From Eledone cirrhosa (Eukaryota): a DNA stretch of 64,000 bases. The notes beneath the pieces were generated by a model that was not told the DNA's origin, ran no database searches, and worked only from the letters and a program-made list of their open reading frames with translations. This document shows, piece after piece, positions 42,754-54,680 of this stretch (within the stretch, counting starts at the first letter, position 1; each line of letters begins with the position of its first letter). The position numbers were made by a program, and so were the translations under genes. Location: positions 34,906,001-34,970,000 of the forward strand of contig OZ024742.1 in NCBI GenBank assembly GCA_964016885.1, given 5' to 3'.

Positions 42754-42822
42754 AAAAATATGGAACACTTCATGAATTTGCGTGTCATCCTTGCGCAAAT
42801 TCGTGAAGCGTTCCATATTTTT
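42754..42822. pseudogene. RNU6: Fold-back U6 snRNA 3'-end fragment (minus 42754-42796, plus 42794-42822)
   Basis: Matches the conserved U6 3' sequence GCGCAAGGATGACACGCAAATTCGTGAAGCGTTCCATATTTTT on both strands. Confidence 0.9.
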
Positions 42823-43007
42823 ATCTCCTTATAATATATAACCAGCAATTTCTCTGTCTCTCCAGCTATCCCTCTCTTTTAGCCTGTCTGTTTCTCTCAC
42901 TCTCACTCTTTCTATTTGTAACACACTAACATTCCTCCCCTCTATCGCTGTGACCTCTGCCTTTCTTTCTCTCCCCTCTCACTCCCTCATTACGTACAGA
43001 CATTAGG

Positions 43008-43198
43008 GCAGTGGATTGGCAGAATCTGTAGAGAGTCGGACACCATGCTTCATAGCATGGAGTTACGTCGGTTTACGGTCTGAGTTCAAATACCGCCGAG
43101 GTTAACTTTGCCTTTCATCCTCACGGGGTCGATAAAATAAAGTACCAGTAATGTACTAGGTAATTGCTGGCCTTGTGCCAAAAGTAGAAACAATTATT
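43008..43198 (+). mobile_element. SINE family A
   Basis: Family head, core and tail. Confidence 0.9.
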
Positions 43199-43315
43199 AG
43201 AAACATTGCTTCATTTTTGCATATCTAAGCATTAGTAAAATAACTAATAATTTCAAAAGTAATTTTTCAATTACAATTGTTATGAACAGCAAAACATTAA
43301 TAATAATTTTGTTCT

Positions 43316-43494
43316 AAGAAATATATATACATTTCTGTGTGTGTAATATATATATATATACACACACAGAAATATATATACATTTTTGTGTGTGTAATAT
43401 ATATATATATACACACAGAAATATATATACATTTCTGTGTGTGTAATATATATATATATATACACACAGAAATATATATACATTTCTGTGTGTG

Positions 43495-43549
<55 letters not shown>

Positions 43550-43612
43550 GAAATATATATACATTTCTGTGTGTGTAATATATATATATATATATATACA
43601 CAGAAATATATG
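43316..43612. repeat. Palindromic minisatellite with variable (TA)n spacer, about 5 units
   Basis: CACACAGAAAT-atatatac-ATTTCTGTGTG-tgtaa-(TA)n. Confidence 0.9.
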
Positions 43613-44259
43613 GCCATTTCTCTGTTTGTCTGTCTGTCTATCTGTCCTTCCCTAAAACTCAAATGTAGGTGTTACAGAAATATTACCTTCTCCTTCCTTT
43701 CTCCACTTTGGTACTACCAAGAGAAACACTGTCGCTATAGAAACATTACCTTCCCTTCTCCACTGACTTTGGTCACTGAGGCTGAGGGAATCGCTGGTTG
43801 CTATAGAGACACCTTGCACAAGCCAGAAGTAACCAGTTCGAGGCGGTTCTGATTTGACACCATGCCAAGGACCATTTGAAGATATATTTCCATCGTTATA
43901 TCATAACGTTTATGTATCATAACGTTTATATTTTCGTCACTAATCTCTTTTTCTCCTTTTTCGTTTTAACATATATTTATTTCAAAGATTTCACCGTATA
44001 GATAACATATATATTTATACATGCATAAAAGACACACCGAGAGACGGTGAACATGTCGTGCCGAAAACATTTCTCATCCAAATCTCAACAATATCAGTAT
44101 ATACACTAGATTTGCTAGCAGAAAACCGCCCACCGGGTGGTTTTCTGCTAGTCTATATATCTAAAACAGAGAATGTCTGTCTGTCTGTGTGTGTATCTAT
44201 GTATACCAATGAAACAGTGGTGTAATACTAATCGACTATATATCTTTTTTTTACGTTCA

Positions 44260-44287
<28 letters not shown>

Positions 44288-44290
<3 letters not shown>

Positions 44291-44452
44291 ACTGCTCTGT
44301 AGAACAAATGATGTTATTACATTGAGCTATTTATCTTACTGTAATAAGGCAGTAATAAATTACTGACCTTCACTGTTTAGGGTTTAAAATATACATAACT
44401 ATAAAAAGTTTTAGTATATACATAACCATAAATAGTATCCTTAATATTATAT
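44288..44452 (+). repeat. Dispersed repeat, paralog of 15413-15569 + 15789-15800
   Basis: Direct sequence match lacking the RTE insertion. Confidence 0.85.
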
Positions 44453-44463
44453 GTATATATATA

Positions 44464-46116
44464 CTAGCTGACCCGTCCGGCTGGCGCCCGACTAGGTATA
44501 CCTGCCCCCACCACTCCACTGAAAAGATACCACACACCCTCCCATGTCACATTGTCCTTCCGACTTCGTAGCAAAGGGGGAGAGCTACCGTATAAATCGG
44601 CCAACTGTTCCCATCACGTGTGTGTGGAGCATGCCTGTGCGTGTATACCCAGCGTGTGTATGTACTACCCAGTGGGTGTACGTGCGCAGAATCACAACTG
44701 TGTACTGGCTGTAGCCTTGGTTAAAAATTTCAAGTCTGCAGAAAGCCGTTAAAGAACAGATTGCGGTAACAATTGCAAGGAGGTGGCCCTAAAAAGGGCC
44801 GTTGTTCGTTCACTGTTGAATTTATCCGGACACATCATGATATCCGATACCTATCCAGGTATTACGAATGACATTCGGTGTGATTTTGGCCCATGCAATG
44901 GCGACCCATAGGGTTAATAAAATGGTGAATCCGTTGCAAGGTCTGTCAATCCATGTACAGCCGTAATGAAAATTTTATATTACAAAAATACAAAACTTAC
45001 ATTGTTAGAGCCTCAGAGTACACAATTTTTTTTGTTCGGCCCTCGGAGCAAAAATGAAGAGATTGTTTGGGGAGCTCACCCTAGATCATCCTACATACAA
45101 CTGACCATGGGAGAAGCATGGTGTTCCCAGATGAAGGCTAGCGACTTTAAGGGTTTGACCATGAGCTTTGTTGATAGTAATCGCGAAGCTTAGTCTGATT
45201 GGAAACTGAAGTCGCTTGAACTGAAAGGGCAAGTCTGCTGGCAGCAATGGTATGCGTGGAATAAACACATCCTCTCCCCTACCAACTCAAGTCATTATTG
45301 TGGCTTCAATGACATGACGCAGCATCTGCTTGACTGCAAGTCGTGTGCCATTGTAGAGCTTTGGTGGGTCGAGATTGCGCAGCAGGATGATAGGGGCACC
45401 AAGATTTAACTTCAACCTGTGTGGAGGAACTCCTGACAAGTGAAGAGAGTTCAAGAATTCCACTGGGTATTGAACTGCTACATCTATGTCAACCACACAA
45501 TCGATTGATTTGTACGTGTGAACAGGCCCAGGGATCTGTTTAAGCAGCCTATCGTTGACTTCTCTGACACTGTCATTTCTTGGTGCAAGTATTGCTCTTT
45601 CACAGAGCCAATCATGGCAAGTGAAATTCTGTGACAGCCGTGGGAAGACTTCGGATGAATGTTCGTCTTCTGTGTGGACGACCATCCCAATGAAAGAGGG
45701 GACGCTCCGGAAAGTAAAAGAGTGTTGTCATATAGAGAGTGAAGAGAGACAGAGAGTAAAGCAGTTAAGTTATAGAGAGGGTGAAAGAGGGAGAGAGAGA
45801 GAGAGAATACGCTCAGCTTTTTAATATTTGAGAGTGAAGAGCGATAGAGAGAGTAAAGCAGTTAAATCATAGAGAGGGGGCATGATCTATTATAGAGAGA
45901 GAGAAGAGCGACGGAGAGAGTAAAGCTAACAAACTATAGGGTGGTGTGTAGGATACATACATACATACATAATTGTTTCTACTTTAGGCACAAGGCCAGC
46001 AATTACCCAGTACATTACTGGTACTTTATTTTATCGACCCCATAAGGATGAAAGGCAAAGTTAACCTCGGCGGTTATACATAATACACACGACGTTCAGC
46101 TTTATAATATTATAGA
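44464..46116 (-). mobile_element. Helitron with both termini and an internal Pif1-like helicase fragment
   Basis: A|TCTATAATATTATAAAGCTG start, GC hairpin and CTAG|T end; SINE A fragment at 45970-46075. Confidence 0.88.
45060..45685 (-). pseudogene. Helitron Pif1-family helicase C-terminal fragment
   Basis: [81 protein letters not shown]. Confidence 0.93.
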
Positions 46117-46799
46117 TATATAGGAAAATGTATGTCCCCGACGACAGAGCTGAAGCCGTTTCGGCGGCTATTTCTGGACTAAATTAGAATTTTTAGCCTG
46201 GTAAATAAATAGCCGAACTTATCAATGGGTACTTCCTTATATGGGAAGATTGTAGTTGTCAAGAGGATTGCTCAAAATGTCTTGTAAACACAATTAAGTC
46301 TATCAAGGCAGTGAGTGGGAGGTGGGGATGACTGAACTTGCCTGTAGAGCAATGAGGGAGTGGGTGGAGCCGGTCAAGCGTTGAAAGTGAAATCTATACA
46401 GAAACTTCTAAGGATTGTGTATGAAAGTAGGCCAGAGGAGGTAGGCGAAAAAGGGGTTCTGGAGAAAATAGGGGAGGGATGTTATAGACTGGGTAAATCA
46501 ATTGAAATTTGGAGACAGTAAAAAAAAATAAGAGAAAGATATATAAAAATATAAAATTGGATAGTAAGAAGTGAAAAAAGCAAGCAAAGACTGTGGAGTC
46601 CAAAACAGCTGCTATAATTAGTTGGTGTTGCTTTTTCGGCCACTGCTAGAGAATAGGTTAATAAATTGAGAATAGAAGATACTAAATAAGAATATTTGAA
46701 GTTATAGAATTGTGTAGTAAAAAGTAATACAAAATCTCCGGGGTCTAACACAGCTGCTATGATTAGTTAGTATTGCGTTTTCAGCCAATGCTATCTTTA

Positions 46800-46965
46800 A
46801 TTTAAGTTTGAACTCAGAACACAGAGGGCCGGATCAGATATTGCAAAATATCTCGTCCGGATATTTAATGATTCTGCCAATCCACCAAGCCTGGACTGGT
46901 AATTTATTTATCAACCATCGAAAGATGAAAGAGAGTTGATCTCGATTCGATTTGAACACAAAAGT
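46800..46965 (-). mobile_element. Old SINE A-related copies
   Basis: TTTGAACTCAGAAC..TCTGCCAATCCACC. Confidence 0.6.
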
Positions 46966-46997
46966 ATACGAGAAAATAATGTACTTTTGTCCAAATG

Positions 46998-47081
46998 AGG
47001 TGAGACCCTTCTGAACTCACAGTCGAACTTCTATAGGTCCCCCTATAGAAGTTCGACTGTGAGTTCAGAAGGGTCTCACCT
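46998..47081. repeat. Perfect 40-bp hairpin with 4-nt loop
   Basis: 46998-47037 is the exact reverse complement of 47042-47081. Confidence 0.95.
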
Positions 47082-47119
47082 TCCGTGACTTCCGAGTCTG
47101 TCCAATATTATGGACAGAC

Positions 47120-47285
47120 AGAGAGCAGAAATGTGGGGCACTGTGACCCCACCTAACTAATGAATTTTCACCTGTGTGGTAGATGAGCAGAAATGTCAGA
47201 TACTTTGTCTCCACCTAATTAGTGGCTTCAAACCCTGTGTTGTGAATGAGCAGAAATGTAAGGCCAACTGACTCCACCTACAGTG
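47120..47285. repeat. Three degenerate tandem units of about 62 bp
   Basis: GAGCAGAAATGT..CCACCTA repeated; related inverted fragment near 59355. Confidence 0.75.
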
Positions 47286-47503
47286 GTTGCTCACGCATGT
47301 AACCCTATTGTGTATTTTTATAATATTCATGTAAATCTGAATTGCCTCAAGAACGTAATTTTATTATGTAATGAAGCTGTCTGATCTGATCATGGCACTG
47401 GTTATGCGGAATCATGTGGCCACTATCGTCATTGCAATAGCAATCACAGCTTTATCAATAAAGTACTTTAACATCTAAAACTACTTCGCATTCTCTTATT
47501 CTT

Positions 47504-47617
<114 letters not shown>

Positions 47618-47722
47618 TGTGTATGTGTGTCTTCCACAAATGCCTCTCCCATTCATTTTCAGGTTATCCGTCCATTTTCCCAAATAAAATACTTTCCACA
47701 TACAGTTTGGTAAGCAGAACAG

Positions 47723-47993
47723 TGTAGTAAGACGCCTCACGCCTCTTGATAGAACAACGCTGGTTGAGAACGCGAGAAAGAAAAAACAGACAGCCACTGA
47801 AAAGCCGACTGATCACACGCCAGAAACCAGCCTCTGTACCACACCATTGTTTGTGCTACATCAAAAATAAACATATTTCATCTCTAATTTCTGCTGTTGA
47901 AATCATTATTATGTCACTCGTATCTCAATAACATCTATAACTAATACTGCTAAAGTGGTGACCCCGACGTGATTCGAACACGCAGCCTCCTGA
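47723..47993 (+). mobile_element. Probable 5' LTR remnant followed by a tRNA-Trp primer-binding site
   Basis: TGTAGTA start, AATAAA near 47866, degenerate end TGCTAAA, then TGGTGACCCCGACGTGAT. Confidence 0.55.
47956..47993 (-). pseudogene. 3' half of mature tRNA-Trp(CCA) including the CCA end
   Basis: Minus strand TCAGGAGGCTGCGTGTTCGAATCACGTCGGGGTCACCA, one mismatch to the metazoan tRNA-Trp 3' half as recalled. Confidence 0.85.
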
Positions 47994-48224
47994 CCACACT
48001 AAGAAAGTTACTAAGTCACTAAGTCTGCATTTTCTACTACACCGTCCACATTCAACCACACTAAATCATGTCGTTTGGATATTTGGATATTTCCACAATG
48101 TTACTATGTAGCAAAGATGTTTAGGGGTGTGTATTTTGGTCGAAGGAAATTATATACTCTTTAACTCTTTTACCTGTTCCAGCCATCCGGCTGAGGTCAT
48201 GCTGGGGGACCACCCTTGTTGCTA

Positions 48225-48478
48225 CACAATTCTATCTCCAGCCTGTGATGGCTGGCCATTAGTGTAAGAGGGAGTTCGTTGCTGCTGCCCTTAGGTTACC
48301 TTCGTACCGTACTGTGGGCTCATCCGGGATCCTGGATAGCAGTATGTCGAGATGTTTCTTAAAAGCATACACATCCACACCATGCAGATCTCTTAAATTT
48401 CTTGGCAGCTTGTTGAAGAGTTGAGGGCCTTTGAACCCCAGGCTATTGCAATATCTGTTCCTTCTTCTAGATGTGAAA
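48225..48478 (-). mobile_element. CR1-group LINE 3' fragment
   Basis: SLGFKGPQLFNKLPRNLRDL..FKKHLD.LLSRIPDEP. Confidence 0.75.
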
Positions 48479-48755
48479 GAAATATATTTAATTTAATTAT
48501 ACAAATTTTTACAGAACTGTGTTTTCTTAAGTTTCAATAATACGCCTGTAGTGGCTGCCAAGTGAGCCTTTAGGGGTAAACAAAATTTTATTTTTCAATG
48601 AGCATGTTTTGCTTTAACGTGACAAAGAAACATTTTTTTTTTTCGAAAACTTTATTTACTTTTTAGTAACTTTATTTATTTCAAAATGATGTGTATAAAC
48701 CAATAAAGAAAATGGACGGATAACCTGAAAATGAATGGGAGAGGTATTTGTGGAA

Positions 48756-49226
<471 letters not shown>

Positions 49227-49948
49227 CGGCCTACCCGCCCAGCCAGTGGGATGGAGTCTTCGTATGGCTAAAACAGCACGTGCTGTGAGAGACTGGTCGT
49301 ACAAGGTGATATATATATATATATAAATATATATATATAAATACATACATATTTATATATGCATATATATAAATACATATATGAATAAATAAGTATATAT
49401 ATATATTTATATATATGTATATGTATGTATATATATACATTTATTCATTCATATATATATATATTTATATATACACTCACACACACAAATATACATACAT
49501 ATCCATAATATGCCTATACACGGTCATTTGTGACGTGTGTATAACAGTGTACGCGTGTCGGGCACCCTGTGTCGCCTGAGAATGGTCAAAGGGGAGAGAG
49601 AGATATACAATAATAGTGACATTACATCAACAGCTGCGACGAAATATATACTTACATTAGAGAAAAAGAAGAAAAAAACAGTCAAAATCTTACAATAAAC
49701 TCCCTCAGCGCATATCCCAGTAACACATCCACACTCCCACACACACACACATATGCACTCCACACTCCCATACACACACATACACATGTGCTTACAGGCG
49801 CACATACGTACGCACTCATTCATATATGCAATCGATAGCACACGTATATTAACACAGTAAATTCACTCAAAAGCATTTATATACGTACACTATCAACACA
49901 TACACATAAATTACATAAATTATATATATGTATATGTGTGTGAGTGTG

Positions 49949-49989
<41 letters not shown>

Positions 49990-50003
49990 ATGTATATATA
50001 TAC

Positions 50004-50099
<96 letters not shown>

Positions 50100-50173
50100 G
50101 TATGTATATATATGGTATATGTGTATATATATATGTGTGTGTGTGTGTGTATGTATATATGTATGAGCCTATA

Positions 50174-50215
<42 letters not shown>

Positions 50216-51589
50216 CATACCCACCTAGATGCGTACCTATCTATATACCTATACTTATGCATCCATCTATACATACATACATACATACATACATACATAC
50301 ATACATACATACATACATACATACATACATACATACATACATACATACATACATAAATGTATATATTAATGAACCTACATATACCTCGAACGTGCAGAGA
50401 GAATTTATGTTAATTTAAAACTCGTTACGCAAAGTAATTGAATACTTAAATTATTTTCTCGATCAAGTTCTGTAACCTTCTCTTTGATTTCTCATTTTCC
50501 CAAAATATAATTGATCTCTTTATACATATTGAGTATGTGTACAACGATGGGAGCTATTTGAGCTTAAAAGTAAAGGAGTTGATCCTCAGATCAGATCAAA
50601 GAAGCACTGATTACATTAGTTTTTCCATTTCTGCCTGTTGCAACTCCTGGCAGAAAGTAACGAGATTTGAACTCAGAACACATAAAGCCAGATGAGATAG
50701 CAAAAACATCTTATCCGAATTTTTAATAATTCTCCAACTCACCGCCCTTGAACTGGAATTTTATTTATCGACCCCGAAGGGGTGAAAAGCAAATTTTACG
50801 TCGGCGTTGCATTTTAAAGTATGTTTACAAACAAAATCTTCTGCCAGATTCTGTCAGTCTCAAGTTAAATGCCTAGCTGATTTCAAATGTTGTGGTGGTC
50901 AAATATGCCAATACATTCCGATCTTTACAAATCCATACTGCACATATTTCAAAACTTGGACTTATATGCACAGTTTCTTCTCCAGCATAAAATTATTTGT
51001 AAAATGTCTGTGTCAATGTGAGACTACAAATATTTTTGTGCATAATGTCCCTAAAATAGCTGAGCCTCTACAAATCTGGCCCTCAACAAAGTTGACTTTC
51101 TACAAAGCTTAGTATCTATAAACCTGAGCTACAACGAAGCTGAACCTCTACAACGCTGAGCCTCTATAATGCTGAGTCTCTAAAGAGCATAGAACTACAG
51201 TATATTACTACTCATATATCTGGGACTATTATTTATTCAATTCATTTCTCTTCTTTTAATTCATTTTTCGCTTCTTCCTATTTTTCAGGCTGGAATAAGA
51301 CTTCAGATGAAATCGTAGCACGGGTGAGTGAATCTTACTGCTAATTTATATTGGATAATGAATTTTACTAGCAACATTAAAATGACGAGTACTTTGAGTA
51401 TAAATTTAAGAAAAAAAGAGTCCAGAGTTTATCTTTCATTTTACCGCCCTCACAGTTTGCTAAAGTAAAAACCGTTAATATTATGTGGTACTTTGACGTG
51501 GGGTGAATTCATTCGTATGTTCACCCTTTACTACAAACATACGATATCTCATGTCAAGTGGCGGATTGGCAGAATTGTTGAGTCATCGA

Positions 51590-51935
51590 TTTAAGTCTCT
51601 AGGTTTTTCTTTCATTTCTGCATGTAAAATATCATCCAGTTCTGAATTCCCAAAATACTTGTATCCCTATCTTCCAGTTCCCCTATGGTTTCTCCCGATG
51701 GCAACCTTAATCTACTACAGGCTGCTTTCTAACTTCTTTTCATATTGAGCACAGGGCATTTGGAAATCTGAAATCCCAAACCGATAACTGCTACATATCT
51801 GGACTGTTTTAACCAAAGAATTTATCTGGTTTTCACACTTCCCAAATAGTTTCAGGTCATCCATAAACAGAAGATAGTTTATGAATGGTCTTTTATTTCC
51901 ATATTGGTAACCCATTTTAACTTTCCTAAATGACG
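51590..51935 (-). pseudogene. Degenerate R4/Dong-type RT fragment
   Basis: KVKMGYQ..INYLLFMDDLKLFGK..INSLVKTV, then YKYFG. Confidence 0.8.
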
Positions 51936-51944
51936 TATCGGAGA

Positions 51945-53038
51945 GTTCTTGCTGTTCGCCGCAAGCATACCTTTTTAAGTGTTCCAACAAAAGGGGCTGG
52001 ACTAATATTCTTTAACCATTCGTGTTTTCCCCCAGCTCGTCTCATTAACGGAGCTGCAGTCCTGGATCAGGAAAATACCGTGGGATAGCGCTTGGAAGCT
52101 GGAATGTCTCCAAGCGCTCACAGCCTTCTACCAGCTGGGCACTAGTATCGGTGGAACATACTCCTCGGCGTTCTATAGAGGACGAGTGGAGAGGAAGAGT
52201 GGCGACGTTCTCAGGGAGACTGTGCATCGAAGACGATCAGCTGTTCGCTCTCTTCAAGAGAACTTTCAGCCCGGGGCCTATGGACAACTTTCAGAAATCC
52301 CTGGCCTGGCAGTGCTACCGGGGAGCGTTGCCGGTTCGGGATAAGCTCTACAGCCGAACCTGTCCGAGATGCACACAGAGCGACAAAACCGTTGTGAACG
52401 CACTCGTTCAGTGTCTGAGCATTGCTGACTTGTGGAGCTATGTCGAACATTGCTGTCACGTGTAGGACGGATCCGGTTATCGACTGAGTGCATTGTGCAG
52501 ATAACCCCACCGTCCTCCTTTAAGGAGGAAGAAGGAAGGCAGTTTTCATCTGCCTGGTGGCCATGGCGAAAGAGATTGTATGGTGAACAAAATTGAAAGG
52601 ATTGAAGACGGACACTTTCCTCTTCGGCGAATCTCTGATTAACTTTTTCAAATTTCACTTGAAGAGGAAAATCAGTGTGGAGAGACAAGTGCTGTCTTCT
52701 AATAAGTTTGCTGAAAGGTGGGTGAAAGAGGCGTGTCTGGTCCGAGTGAATGGGCCCGCTCTAAATATGCGCCTGTAGACTGAGGAGTGAAAACTGAGAG
52801 AGGGCGCTTACCCTAGTGGTCAGGGTGACTGTGGTCTTTTCTGTGGTTTTCGCCACGCGTGACCCTCGGAAGTTTCATCCCTATTGACGAATTTTTGTTG
52901 TTTGAAATTTTTTTATATTTCTATCTTCTTGTTATATCCTTTTTTACACGGCCAAAACCCACTTGGTATCGTCCTGTACCGTTCTGTGCCGTCTGTAATG
53001 TTTTTCTTCATGTTAGCCCTTGTGGCCAATAAAGAAAC

Positions 53039-53040
<2 letters not shown>
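51945..53040 (+). mobile_element. Tx1/L1-type LINE 3' portion (zf-RVT region, 3' UTR, AATAAA) ending in (ATT)n
   Basis: KSLAWQCYRGALPVRDKL..CPRC....V.NALVQC..LW. Confidence 0.85.
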
Positions 53041-53105
<65 letters not shown>

Positions 53106-53106
53106 G

Positions 53107-53903
53107 TTCTTTGAGTCTCAGTCATTGATGTTAGTTAACTGGAAAGTTTGTTGAAATGAATATCAAGCCACTTCCTGCAGCCTCAGATATTCAGGACGTA
53201 TCGGAGGGTTCTTGCTGTTCCCAGCAAGCATGCCTTTTGAAGCGTTCCAAAAAGCGTGAAGGGGCCAATTTTCTTTAACCATCCCTGGAAACTTTTTGAG
53301 ATAGTCCCTAGTGCGCCTATGACAATCGGGATCACTTTGACTTCATGGCAGTTCCAAATCCTTTTCACCTCCCACTTTAAGTCCTGGTATCGGTTAATTT
53401 TCTCCCTCTCCTTCTCTTGCACTCTCGTGTCGAATGGGCAGGCCGCATCCACAATCAGGCACGATCTTTTTTCCTTGTCCAAAACCACCAGGTCAGGTCT
53501 ATTGTGTTCCAGTTTCTTGTCCGTCTGTATCCTAAAATCCCACAGCACCTTCACCTGATCGTTTTCTATCACCGACTCTGGCTTATGCTCATACCACTTC
53601 TCAGAATGTGGTAAATTGTTTACTTTGCATAGGTGCCAGTGGATCACCCTGCCCATCACATCATGTCTCCAGCCTTTATAGTGAGTCTAGGCTAGGTGTT
53701 TACACTCGGATACAATGTGAGCCACAGTCTCCTCTCTCTCTCTCCACAGATCCTGCACAGTGGGCTAGCCTCCTCCTTGTAAATATGGTGTTTCAACCAC
53801 TTCGTTTTGAGGGCCTGTTCTTGCGCAGCCATTAGCATTCCTTCTGTAGCCTTTTTAAGGTCTCCTCTTTTCAACCTGTTCCATGTCTGTGGATCTCTGA
53901 ATT
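53107..53903 (-). mobile_element. R4/Dong-type RLE retrotransposon family 1, 5'-truncated copy a
   Basis: TEGMLMAAQEQAL, CRIC, VLWDFRIQTD..NRPDLVV..D.ACP..K..RY..PIVIGALG; (AAT)n at the 3' end. Confidence 0.92.
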
Positions 53904-53907
53904 TTAT

Positions 53908-54336
53908 TTGAAAGGGCTGAAGACGAGCACTTACCTCTTCGGTGATGCCCTGATTAACTTTTTCAAATTTCATTTGAAAAGGAAAATCAGGGTAGAGAGG
54001 GAAGTGCTCTCTTCCCAGCATTTTGTTGAAAGATGGGTGAGAGAAGCAAGTATGGCCCGAGTGAATGGGTCTACTCTGAGTATGTGTCTGTAAATTAAGG
54101 TGGAAAACTGGGAGAGGGCACTTGCCCTGGTGGTCAGGGTGACTGTGGCCTTTTAATGGGCTTTCTCCACAAATGTCCCTCGGAAGTCTCTCCCCTATTG
54201 GGGAATTTTTCATTGTTATTTTATTACATCCTCTGTTTTTTTACACGCAGAAATGCCCATTTGTACCGTCCTGTATTGTCCTGTACAGTTCTTAATGTCT
54301 ACTTTATGTAAACCCTTGTGGTTAATAAAGAAAACA
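53908..54336 (+). mobile_element. Tx1/L1-type 3' fragment ending AATAAAGAAAAC-(ATT)
   Basis: Homologous to 52593-53040. Confidence 0.85.
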
Positions 54337-54343
54337 TTATTAT

Positions 54344-54434
<91 letters not shown>

Positions 54435-54441
54435 GTTATTG

Positions 54442-54662
54442 TTCTTTGAGTCTCAGTCATTGATGTTAGTTAACTGGAAAGTTTGTTGAAATGAATATCA
54501 AGCCACTACCTGTAGCCTCAGATATTCAGGACGTAACGGAGGGTTCTTGCTGTTCCTAGCAAGCATGCCTTTTGAAGTGTTCCAAAAAGCGGAGCGGGGC
54601 CAATATTCTTTAACCATCCCTAGAAACTCATTGAGATAGAATACCTAGTGCGCCTATGACAA
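54442..54662 (-). mobile_element. R4/Dong family 1 short copy b
   Basis: 3' UTR and last codons shared with copy a; (ATT)n on both sides. Confidence 0.9.
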
Positions 54663-54680
54663 TTATTATTATTATTATTT

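Noticed and set aside
45086-45685. Host PIF1 helicase gene
   Set aside because: Intronless fragment with a stop, enclosed by Helitron TC and CTAG termini
53692-54213. 173-aa minus-strand ORF
   Set aside because: Chance fusion of antisense Tx1 sequence with a truncated R4 frame
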